Origin: an uncultured Acidobacteriota bacterium
GTDB lineage: Bacteria; Acidobacteriota; UBA6911
DNA length: 64,000 nucleotides
Reading direction: 5' to 3'
Assembly: GCA_963809485.1 (NCBI GenBank)
Contig: CAWEJX010000001.1
Location: 64,001-128,000, forward strand
How positions within the stretch are numbered: the stretch's first letter is position 1; every line of letters starts with the position of its first letter. Both the position numbers and the translations under genes were made by a program. This document shows positions 10,802 to 20,952 of the stretch, in pieces. Below the pieces are notes generated by a model. That model did no database searches. It was not told where the DNA came from and worked only from the letters and a program-made list of their open reading frames with translations.

Positions 10802-10852
10802 AGGTTGGTGGGCCTATGCCTCATTACAGACCCCGTCCGGGATCAGCCTGGA

Positions 10853-10899
10853 TAACCGCGGATCTACATGGATTGACAACCCATGTAAATCCGCGGTTA
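10853..10899. terminator. Bidirectional hairpin between convergent genes
   Basis: TAACCGCGGATCTACATGG / CCATGTAAATCCGCGGTTA, 19-bp arms with 1 mismatch, 9-nt loop. Confidence 0.7.
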
Positions 10900-10906
10900 G
10901 TGTTGG

Positions 10907-12613
10907 TTAATACTTCACATAGGTAGGAATAAGGTTTTTGTACTTTGCAGCCAACTCCTTCCAGTTTTTCGGCAGTTGGATTTTTTTGCTGACGAAATCA
11001 TTGCCCAGAATCCCTCCGCCAGCACTCTTGAACACCCCATACCAGGTTCCGGCACCGCCCGCGACCACGATCATTAAGGCGTCTCGGGAAGTATTAAGGG
11101 ATGCGGCAGCGGCATTATCCCCTTTCGGTCGGGACTTGGCGGAACCTGCCTCTCCGGGTTTCATCAGATATTCCCTTACCTTCGACTTGGTCCATCCTTC
11201 ACTCGCCAGAATGTCTGCATGGGTTGGGATTATCATCAGGGCATTCATAATGCCTGGACTCGAGCCGGCAATCGAATCGAGAATTCCTTTTGCATCCGTG
11301 CCGCGCGGTATGGAATAGACGTGCTGGTTCGGGAAAAACATGGTTACGGTGCTGTCTTCCTTTTTGAATCCCCGTTCGACGTGCAAGGGTTCCCATGGGC
11401 TGTCTTCCTCGTTCTCGGCGAGAACCAGCGAGTATTTGCCCGGATTCCCCAGCGTTCCCATATCTTCGATACCCTTCCTGGCCCCGCCGATATTCTTGAC
11501 AATCAGCCCCAAGGCCCTTCCTATTGCCGAGTTGGACAGATTCCCCGGACTGAGAACGCCGGAACCGGAATTGATATGGATATCCTTTCTTATGGGGCCG
11601 TTGACGACCAGGAAAGGAGCCCATGATCCTGTGCTCACTTCAAAGGTATCGAATCGGGCTTTCGGATCGGACACAGTCTCCACCGCCGCGATCAGAACCG
11701 GCATATGAATGGGCAGGGCTCCTGCCATGACGGCGTTCACCGCAATCTTCTCCACGGTAGCCTTGCCCATCCGCGGGATGATTTTAGCCACAACATGGTC
11801 TGCCGGAAGATCCGTTCCCTTCATCATCTCGGCCACGGCTTCCTCGGATGGCGGAATAACCGGCAATCCGTCTCCCCAGCCTTGGCGGTAGAAAAATTGA
11901 TTCACTTCCGTCAGATTGCCTTTAAACACAATTCTGGGTGCGTTTTCGATCTTCAATTGCGGAGATTTTTCCTGCTCCGTCAGGGGTCTGGTCAAGGCCG
12001 CCACAATATCATCAAATACCTTATCGATGCCCGACTTGATGTCCTCGGCAACAGTAGATTCACACGTAATCGGTTCTCCCAGAACTCTAAGATTTGGCAT
12101 AGCCTTGCTGGACGCCGCAGAATGGGCGTCGTCCACGAAACCGCGATTCGCCAGTAACACGACCGGCGTTCCAAAGTCCTCAATCTCTACACTGTTGTAG
12201 GTGAGGAACTTTGTGCAGCCCCCTCAATCCCCAACCGCCGTAATAACGGCGTCCATTTCTTTGGCCCAGGCGGCATACTTTTCCTTGTTTTCCGCAAGAT
12301 ACTTCTGAGAGGGAGCCTCAAAATAGCTGGTTTGACAATCGGGAAACCTTTCCTTGAGTTTCTTTTCAATATAGGCCTGTATCGGTCTTGCGGCGCGCTT
12401 CATGTTGTAGAATAATCCGATCTTCTTGCCGGCCAGAGAATCGACTCTCGGTGAAATTCCGCGGGGAGGGATGGGATCCACTTCTGCCCACGGGCTTAAG
12501 ACTTCATATTGCCATTCCGAGGCATCCTTGGCAAAAGTAGCCTCCGAAGGAACGTGAATGGCCATAGAGGCAAAAAAACCCATGGCCGCAATAAACAAAA
12601 TATTTCTCATCAT
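10907..12613 (-). CDS. UGSC-family selenoprotein (568 aa with UGA read as Sec at 12224-12226), fused to the GWGDGLPVIPP-type partner domain; N-terminal signal peptide
   Basis: ORFs 12224..12613 and 10907..12160 are in the same frame, joined by AVGD-TGA-GGCTKFLTYNSVEIEDFGTPVVLL with no other stop; UxxC motif; downstream hairpin. Confidence 0.85.
12173..12212 (-). promoter_or_regulatory. Putative bacterial SECIS element
   Basis: Begins 11 nt after the UGA: AAAG-UUCCUCA-C-CUACA-ACAG-UGUAG-AGAU-UGAGGA-CUUU stem-loop. Confidence 0.65.
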
Positions 12614-12804
12614 CGACTCCTCCTTAAATTCCCAATGGGATTCCTTATTATTGCTGCCATCTTTGACCTGCGATCCAACCTATCCTATAAGGGTGCCGAT
12701 AGATATCTGAGATAATCCGTTAGGAGAGTTTTATTTTCAAGCTTTATGTGGAACACCGATCAGCGAGGCGCAAGACCGGAAATTTTCATAAAAGATTAAC
12801 CAAG

Positions 12805-13072
12805 TCAATTGGTGCGCCGTCGCCACCAATAGAACTGCTTCTCCTTCAGATTCCGTTGCCAGCAGAACTCACTGATAGACATGCCGCTGCGCGCCGCCTC
12901 CCGAATCGTCCTTTCCCACTGCTGTTCTCTTGCCAGATTCGTTCGTCCTCCGCGCATAACCACACTCCCGCTTATTGTGACCGACATGTGCTCCATTGCA
13001 CGCGTGCGCCGTTCGCCGAGCAGTATCACATTTGAGATTTATCAGGGGAAGATGGGTTTACCGGACGGATAC
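12805..13072 (-). mobile_element. IS66-family remnant (left end plus truncated tnpA)
   Basis: Minus-strand end GTATCCGTCCGGTAAACCC resembles IS66 IRs; ORF REQQWERTIREAARSGMSISEFCWQRNLKEKQFYWWRRR is IS66 TnpA-like; no tnpB/tnpC. Confidence 0.75.
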
Positions 13073-13106
13073 TTTTCATCCACGTTTTCACCTTCAGGCA
13101 ATTTGT

Positions 13107-13355
13107 CTATTGCCCAATTTTGTGTCCAAGTTTGACAATCTGGAAGCAAAGTAATACGCCCATGAGGAGAAGGACACTACCAAAAACCAGCAGAAGGTAT
13201 TCTGAGCGTTTTTTAACTTTCTCGCCATACGAAAGCCCCCAAAACCGGTTTTGAATATCGATTGAAGATGATGCAACACTTGACCTAAACAAAATCATCA
13301 ATATACCTACAAAGACAAGAAATAAGCCAACAGCAAAACTATTTTCTATCCACAT
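13107..13355 (-). CDS. Small two-TM membrane protein, possible orphan immunity protein
   Basis: 82 aa, two hydrophobic helices, AT-rich, SD GAGGT; downstream of the Rhs locus on the same strand. Confidence 0.55.
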   Translation of the reverse strand: MWIENSFAVGLFLVFVGILMILFRSSVASSSIDIQNRFWGLSYGEKVKKRSEYLLLVFGSVLLLMGVLLCFQIVKLGHKIGQ

Positions 13356-13481
13356 GCGAAAACCTCATCTCTTATCGGAACCAAAAATATAAAAAAATGG
13401 GCCGTCCAACCGACTGGGCCTCCAACGCCAATTTCGAAATACAATCCAGCCGACGTGCTGTAACCGAGCTGAGGGATCTCC

Positions 13482-14906
13482 TGGACACCCATCTATTTGT
13501 CTATTTTTTTGGGCACATTCCATGGGTTCACCATTAGATGTATTGAAAGGAGTGAACCATGACTATGCCGCGAAGCAAATATGTCCAGGAAGGACAAGAT
13601 GGCGTCTATCACTGCTTCAGCCGCTGCGTCCGCCGGGCGTTTCTATATGGATTCGATGCAAACACCGGCCGCGACTTCTCCCATCGCAAAGCATGGCTGG
13701 TCGACAGGTTACGGTTTCTCTCCGCCATTTTTGCCATCGATGTCTGTGCTTTCGCCGTCATGCAAAACCACTTCCACGTCATTCTTCGTATCTGCCTCGA
13801 AATCGCCGCCGCCTGGTCCGATCGCGAGGTGGCCACCCGCTGGCTTACCCTCTTCCCTATACGGCACGCACCCCCTTCCGAAGCCCAGATCTGCGCCCTG
13901 GCCGATTGCCCCGAACGCATCGCCGTATTGCGCAAACGACTCTGCAGCCTCAGCTGGTTTATGGGCCGACTCAACGAATTCATCGCCCGAGCCGCCAATA
14001 AAGAAGATAACGTCAAGGGCCGATTCTGGGAATCCCGATTCAAATGTCAGGCCCTGCTCGACGAGGCTGCCATTGCTGCCTGCATGGTTTATGTGGATCT
14101 GAATCCCATCCGTGCCGGCCTGGCCCCAACTCCCGAAGAAAGCGACTTCACCAGCATTCAGGAACGGATTCGCGCCTGGCAGAATCAAATGACCAGCAAA
14201 GCTTTGATAACCAGCGCGTTAACTCAGCACAACCCGGACCGGTCTTCGGTAGAGAACATGCCAATGTCGGAAGATAAAACGGGTATTCCCGATTCAATTA
14301 CCGAAGCTATCCCTGTAGGTTCTCTCGACTCCCCATCCCTTTGGCTGTGTCCCATTCAATCAGATACCCACCGTCGCGGCATCCTGCAGATGACTGAAGC
14401 CGATTACTTCAATCTGGTAGACCAGTCGGGGCGCCTATTGCGGGCTGACAAACGCGGAGCCATTGATCCCCAACTCGCACCCATTCTGCTGCGCATTGGC
14501 GCCAGTCCACAAGCCTGGATAGATACCATTTCCCATTTCGGCCCGAAATTCCGTCTGGCGGCAGGCTTAATTTCCAGTCTGCGTGATTTTGCGGATCAGC
14601 TCGGCCGAAGGTGGCTCGTTGGCATATCCGCAGCTCGAACTGCCTTTGCATCTACATCGCCGCAGTCGGCCTGAGCCATGTTGCTCTGCCAGATTCCCTC
14701 CACCTATCCGACTGTCGCTCCTTAGCCTTGCAGATCGCCTCCAGCAATCCTTGACCTTCAGCTCGCCGGCCACTGCCAAGCTGCCCTCATCGATTTGCTG
14801 TATTCGCGGGTGCCTATTGATTGCCTACTGATAGCAAATGAAACCAAAAACAAATGATTTGGGTATCGATCTGCTTTATTTGCTGCCTACAAACAGTAGG
14901 TGTCCA
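13482..14906 (+). mobile_element. Y1/HUH-transposase element with imperfect terminal inverted repeats
   Basis: Left TGGACACCCATCTATTTGT versus right (reverse complement) TGGACACCTACTGTTTGT; outer 8 bp are perfect. Confidence 0.65.
13559..14674 (+). CDS. Y1 HUH transposase (IS200-like/RAYT-related, long form)
   Basis: YHCFSRCVRRAFL, MQNHFHVIL (HUH), GRFWESRFK, YVDLNPIRAGL. Confidence 0.9.
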   Translation: MTMPRSKYVQEGQDGVYHCFSRCVRRAFLYGFDANTGRDFSHRKAWLVDRLRFLSAIFAIDVCAFAVMQNHFHVILRICLEIAAAWSDREVATRWLTLFPIRHAPPSEAQICALADCPERIAVLRKRLCSLSWFMGRLNEFIARAANKEDNVKGRFWESRFKCQALLDEAAIAACMVYVDLNPIRAGLAPTPEESDFTSIQERIRAWQNQMTSKALITSALTQHNPDRSSVENMPMSEDKTGIPDSITEAIPVGSLDSPSLWLCPIQSDTHRRGILQMTEADYFNLVDQSGRLLRADKRGAIDPQLAPILLRIGASPQAWIDTISHFGPKFRLAAGLISSLRDFADQLGRRWLVGISAARTAFASTSPQSA

Positions 14907-15167
14907 CGTTTGTCTCCATTCGTCGTCTCTGAGTGGGCAATTGTGTTTGGATTGCTGTATAACAATTCTGCTATCGTGGTAGCCTGACCATTGTCAACTA
15001 TTGGAAGAGGAGACAAAGAGCCGTTGAAATATTTTGCACCAGCGGAAGCAGCATTGAGGCTATCGAGCGTAAGATCACCTACATAGGGACCTTGAGCGCG
15101 TGAAAGAAGAAGGATGGTGCGGATGGCCGCTTGGGCTGCATTTCATATAAATAGAAGGTGCATCGAT

Positions 15168-16235
15168 CTAATCCGGCAACTTAAGTTTCCTCCAACTGCA
15201 CCCGTGATCCGAAGAGCAGTAAAGATCTTTGCCGTTAGCAACGGCAAAAAGATACCTTCCATCAATGGGATCCACGCCAATGCTCTGGATCCCGTTGACC
15301 TTGTCATTAGCCAATGGCAGTAGTCGAAATGTCTGGCCTGCATCAGATGACCGATACAGGCCCTTGGAACTAAGCACATAAATTATGGCTGGATCTTCAG
15401 GATCCGTCTCGATTTGCTCTAATTCTACCGGATACCCCTTATCTTCACTGTTCCTTCTCCACGAACGCAGTTGCTGAAATTTGTCCGCAAAAAGGGGAGA
15501 AAATATGTCCGCAAAAAGAGGGGAAAATATTTCTCGGCTGCTCTCCAACAGTCTCCTGCTCTTGCTTGCATCAACGGAGGCCAAGAGTCCATCTGAGATT
15601 AAATACAAGATATCTGGATTTGCGCGGCATTCAACTAAATATCGGTAATCATCATACAAAGGTCTGAAAGTCTTTCCATAGTTATCAGAAATATACGTTC
15701 CATGCTCTCCGACAGCTGTCGCCTCGGCATATATTCTTCCTGGATTCTGCATGCCTGTTCCGATTATCGACAAGCTTCCAAGATGCCTGCCCTTAATTGT
15801 CCTGGGATGAACAAGGCTCCAGGAACGTCCCTCATCCCGACTCACCTCTATATCAGCCCTATGCTGACTCTTGACCGCGGGGCGATACACTGTCTGAGGA
15901 TCGACATTGCTAACAAAGCATCCTCCGGCAGCACTTGCAGTTGAGGATTGATGACATCTAAATAGATCTTTTGCCAGATGCCACGTATTGCCTCTGTCCG
16001 TAGACGAATAAACCTGCATGTCACTGGAAATAGCTATTCTGGATACAGCACCGCGCTGCTGAATACTAAGTATATTGACGCGGATACGAAAATGATCCGA
16101 TGTTTCCATACCCGCTGAAAGAACTCTTTGAATGCGCGGATCATCGCCGCATAAATCTCTCTCTAAGGGGAAAGCTAGCGGTAATGAACCCCCAAAGATA
16201 AGTATACATGAAATGGCAATTTCAGCCGGTTTCAT
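15168..16235 (-). CDS. Exported BNR/Asp-box (beta-propeller) protein, candidate Rhs immunity protein
   Basis: Signal peptide; repeats STDRGNTW, SRDEGRSW, SDNYGKTF, SSDAGQTF, SSDHGCSW; starts 3 nt after the Rhs stop; AT-rich like the toxin tip. Confidence 0.75.
   Translation of the reverse strand: MKPAEIAISCILIFGGSLPLAFPLERDLCGDDPRIQRVLSAGMETSDHFRIRVNILSIQQRGAVSRIAISSDMQVYSSTDRGNTWHLAKDLFRCHQSSTASAAGGCFVSNVDPQTVYRPAVKSQHRADIEVSRDEGRSWSLVHPRTIKGRHLGSLSIIGTGMQNPGRIYAEATAVGEHGTYISDNYGKTFRPLYDDYRYLVECRANPDILYLISDGLLASVDASKSRRLLESSREIFSPLFADIFSPLFADKFQQLRSWRRNSEDKGYPVELEQIETDPEDPAIIYVLSSKGLYRSSDAGQTFRLLPLANDKVNGIQSIGVDPIDGRYLFAVANGKDLYCSSDHGCSWRKLKLPD
15482..15529. repeat. 24-bp in-frame tandem duplication (IFSPLFAD x2)
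   Basis: TGTCCGCAAAAAGGGGAGAAAATA / TGTCCGCAAAAAGAGGGGAAAATA. Confidence 0.85.
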
Positions 16236-16238
16236 TGG

Positions 16239-19200
16239 TCACCACCTACAGTGTTTCTTCAGTTCTATATGATAAAAATAACTGGCTTCAGCTTTATCCT
16301 CTCCTTTGTATCCTGTGGCTTTGGCCAATTGAAGGTCGCTATAGGTTCCCCTAAACCAGACCCATTGGTTGGCTTTGTGGCTGATTTCGTGAATTACCGT
16401 TTGAGCTTGCTCTTCTGGCGACGCGTTTGGATCAAAGAACTCCTCATAAAAGTAAACAAATTTGCTTGAAAAAGTTTCCGCAACAGCTCCTTGTCCTGAC
16501 CGATACAATGGGACCAATACGAGGTTACCAGGTTCTAACAATTTATACAGATTGGCGGCGCTTCGGTTCGCTCTGTTTACAGCCGCTTCGCTAATAACTC
16601 CGCTTCGTCCAATCTCAATCGTGAAGAAGACATTTTTTAGCCACGATATACAGCCTGGATAGTTAAGCATTGCTTTTGCATTAGTCACTGCAAATCCAAG
16701 AATTTCATCACGAGTAGGAGGCTGGGGGGTTTGCCGTCCTGGTCCTATTCCCATCCATCCCGTATAGAGCCACATCGCCACTGCAGCATTCATTGCTTGC
16801 GCCGGATCATGGGAAAAGGGCACCGAACTGTTGCCAATAGAAATCAAACCCGACGAGAATGGATCAAGTGCATAATAAATGGAATAGGGCACCTCTAGCC
16901 TTCCATCCGGGTCCACAAGATTGATGGGATCGTTTCTGACGTAGGCGTATTTGTTGAGGCATTTTGGTTCGCAGACATTTGAGGTCACCGGATCGGGAGA
17001 GGCCCATCGCGACATTATCGAGCTGTACGACCTTGCCAGATTGAAGTGCAACCCGCTCTCCGGGTCGTCCTTGTGCCCCGCAAACTGGTCGTTCCCTCCC
17101 GGACTGAACGGCTGGCCATACATCGACGTCAGCCCCGAACTGATCGTGTAGCTCGCCATATCAATCACCTGGTTCAGATGACCGCGCCGCAGATACTCCG
17201 TCGTGGTCGCGCCGCCCCCCGTAACCGTCCGCCTCGCTACCGCCTGACTGCCGTTCACTATATAGTCCGTCCGCGCATTGTTCGATCCCGATGGCGTCGT
17301 CTCCGTCCGGTAGTCCGCCATCAACTCATTCCCGGCTCCATATATCGAGATTATGTTTCCCGATACCGTGCCCGACTGGATCTGATACGTATAAGTCTTC
17401 TTCACCCGCCGCCCCAGAGCATCATACCGGTAGACTCCCCAATCCGTCCCCGTGACCGATGTCATCCTCCCCGCTCCGTCCCAGGCATAGCTCCTCGCCC
17501 CTTCCGCCAGCAGGTTGCCTGTCGCATCATATGCCGTCGTTACCGCATCCTGACCGTCCGTATAGCCGCTCAGCCGGTTGTTCGAGGCATTCACGTCATA
17601 CGTAATCTGTGAGTCCTGCCCCGGATTGCCCGGATACTGCAGCTGGTTCGTCAGCATGTTGCCGAATTGATCGTAGCTGAAGCTGTTCACCTGATCCGTC
17701 ACATAATTATTGTTGGCATCCCGGACTGCATGCGTCGCAGATACCAGCCGCCCCACCTTATCGTAGGCATACGTGTATTGAGCCACCGCATTGACGATCT
17801 GTTCCCGAATGCTGCTGATCTGCGAGCTGCCGTTGTAATATAGATTCCAGTAGATCGTCCTCTGCGGGCTGCTCCGCACCATGCTATACAGATTCAGCCT
17901 TCCCACAGCGTCATACGTGTATTCCTGACGGATATTGTCCCCGAACGAGATTTTCGAAAGAGCTCCATCTTGCGACTCATAGCTGTAGCCGGCGTGCGTG
18001 ATGGTTCCCGTATTGTTCTTGATCGTCTTCGTCCGGCACATCGCATCCCTGGTGTACCGGATGTCCAGCCCCGCAGGATACGTGATCTGCCACAGGTTGC
18101 TCTCCGAGCAGGATCCTATGAAATTATAACTGTACCCCACCGGATACTGAATCCCATCGATGCTCGCCACCTGCTGCGTCACACGCCCCCCTGCCTCGTA
18201 GCTCCAGCTGTACCCGATCCCGTCCGATGTCCAGGCGCTCGTCATCCGCCCCTTGCCGTTGGTGATCGTCCCGATCAGCCCCGAGGTCGCTTGATCATAA
18301 TAATAACTCGCCGACGGCGTCCCGTCCGAAAAACTCGTGCTCGTCCGCCGGTTCAACACATCATAGGTCGATGCCGCCACAACCCCACGCGCATCCGTCC
18401 GGCTCAAAACATTCCCGTTATCGTCATACGTGTAGGTCGTCGCGCCCTTCTCCGGGTGCGTTTCCGCAGTCAGACGGCCCAGGCTGTCATAGGTGAACGT
18501 CCTGGTCTGGTCCGGCAGGTTGCCCTGTCCGATCTGAACTATCTGAGTCAGCTTCCCCAGAACATTATAGCTGTAGGTCGTCACTATGCTCAGGTTCCCG
18601 GCCGCATCCTGCTCGGTGACCTGCGAGATGTTTCCCAATTCGTCGTAGGTGTACTTTTTCTTCTTGTTCTCAGGATTCGTCACCGTAACCGTATTCCCTA
18701 CATAGAGATACGATGTAGTACCTACCGATGGCACCGCCTCCGTCAATACCCGCCCCAGCGGATCGTACGTGTAGGTGGCGTTTGTGGGCGTTCCCCCGTC
18801 ACGATACGGAAACGAGACCGAGCTTGCCTGCTGCCAGGGATTGTTGTAGCCCATCGTGGTAAGAATATCATCCTCTGCTTCAGGGTCTTCCTGCCTGGTC
18901 TTGATCACCTCGCTCGAGGAATCCACCGTCGCATATTGCGTCCCCGAGGACGACATTTCCGTGGTCGTTAAATTGAAATACTCATCAAAATCGTCATAGC
19001 AATAGTTCGTTAGCCCGATGGGTGTGTTTATCTGGGTCGTTCGGCCCAACTCGTCGTACCAGTAGTATACCGTGGCGCCGTTGGCATCGATGGCGGTTGC
19101 CAGGTCCCCGTTGTAGTAATTAAACCCGCTCGGAATACTGCTTCCACGTCTGCTCGCTCTGCTGCCCCAGCGCATTGGTCGTGTAGCGCGGCAGCGTGTA

Positions 19201-20943
19201 GTTCGTCGAACTCGTGAACGTCCGCGTCGTCGTATTGCTTTTCGCATCCGTCTCCGACACCACGTTCCCTGTCATGTCGTACCCGGATGTCGTCGTCAGA
19301 AACCGGCTCTCCCCGATCAGCTTACGCCGCACGCTCGTCGGATTGCCCCGCACCGTTATGTTCTGATTGTCGTAAGCAGTGTCATGGTTATAGACCGGCC
19401 CCTGATACAGCGTCAGCTGGTACTCATCGTACCCATACTCCGTTCGCGCCACCTCCGTGCCGCTTCCATCCTTGACCGAAACCGCAGCCGGCAGGTTCGT
19501 CATGTTTGCTGCCGTATAGGCGGAGTTGCTTTCATGCCGGTAGGTCGTCGTCGCTCGTCTGAGCACCACCGTGTTGCCGTACTTGTACTGGACCGTCTGG
19601 CTGATATTGCCCGTGCCGTCGGTGGCATAGATCAGCTCCGTTTTGAGGCTCTGTCCGTCGTCCAGGGTCGTCGTCCTCCGCGTCGGGCGGGGATTCACGA
19701 TATAGCCGGCGCTTATGTCCTGCTCCCAGTCGGTCGTTTGAGTCCGGTACACCGTCGTCTGGCTCAGATTCTTGCGCTGCATGCTCGATATCAGCCCGTC
19801 GGACCACGAGCGGGCCGGGTAGACCGAATAGTTGAAATTATAGTCCGTGATACCGCGAATATCCGTTACGGCCGTCTTGGACGGATTGGATCCGTTGCCG
19901 TTGAACGTATAAGCCAGCGATGTCGTGTAGTATTGCGTGCCGTCCGTGTAATCTTTCCGGCTCGTTACCACCCGTTCCTCCACGCTCGTGTAGACCGGAT
20001 CCGCATACGAGCGCGTGCCAAATGTGAAATCGGCCAGCGTCTTCGTGACACTCTGCCCGTCCTTTTCCACCCGGTTCGTTATGGTCTGGATTTCCCCCAG
20101 ATAGTAGTAGATGTAATTCTGAACAAAATTCCGGTCCGGCAGACTGAACGTGATCGAGTTCAATCTCCGTTCTCCCGAAGGGACCTGCTTGGGCACCGAA
20201 AAAGTGGGTGTAAAGGTTCCCGCAGCGCTGGTGTTGAACGTAATCGTGCCCCGGAACGTTCCATAAGAGGTTATGGTCTCGAGGCAGCCTGTGGTGGCGT
20301 TGTAGGAAAATGCCGCGGCTTTGCCCAGAGTGTCGAATACCTCGTTGAGCTTGCCTGTCCCTGCAACATAAGTGGCCGTAATCCGGTTTCCGTTCGTGTC
20401 CTTCATCTCGGTCATGTAGCTGGTATTGCCTACGGTATTGCCGAATACGAGCCGGATCCCTCCCTTGAGCGTAGCTGTCTTGGACGCAACATCCAGCACA
20501 ATGTAGGTCGAATCGACCGATTTCCACACTCCGTTGTCATGCTGCTGGATCTCATGCGACGAGCCGTCCGGGTCCACAAGGGCATAGCTTGAGGCGCCCT
20601 GAATAAGTCTCGCGAATCCCAGGTACCACCCTATGCCTACCCAGCTCCCGGTATCCTTGACATACATCCCGTTGCCATTCCGGTCCCAGATCTTGCTGTT
20701 GTAATAGATCGACAGATCCAGATTGAAACCGGCCCGGCCAGGTCGCGATACCAGCCGCCGGCCGTAGACCAGGTTGCCGTTGACCAGATTGATCCGGCCT
20801 GTGCCGTCAAGATAGGTTCCGAAGGAATAAACCCCGCGCGCATTCCTCGGTTTGTGGGTCAGCTCCGTTTCCATCAGCGCTGTCCTGGGAAGGACCGGGA
20901 AGCCCAAAAGCGCAATCACGACGAAGAGAATGGACTTTTTCAT
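16239..20943 (-). CDS. Rhs/YD-repeat polymorphic toxin (~1567 aa if one extra base near 19131-19134 is removed) with C-terminal HExxH metallopeptidase-like tip
   Basis: Signal peptide MKKSILFVVIALLG; INLVNGNL; many YD repeats; core end YAYVRNDPINLVDPDG; tip QAQTVIHEISH; ORFs 19120..20943 and 16239..19247 are N and C halves. Confidence 0.9.
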
Positions 20944-20952
20944 GGCGCCCCC

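Noticed and set aside
12224-12613. Independent 129-aa protein ending at TGA, or alternative genetic code
   Set aside because: In-frame UxxC continuation and hairpin favour Sec; TGA is a normal stop elsewhere in the window (several ATGA overlaps)
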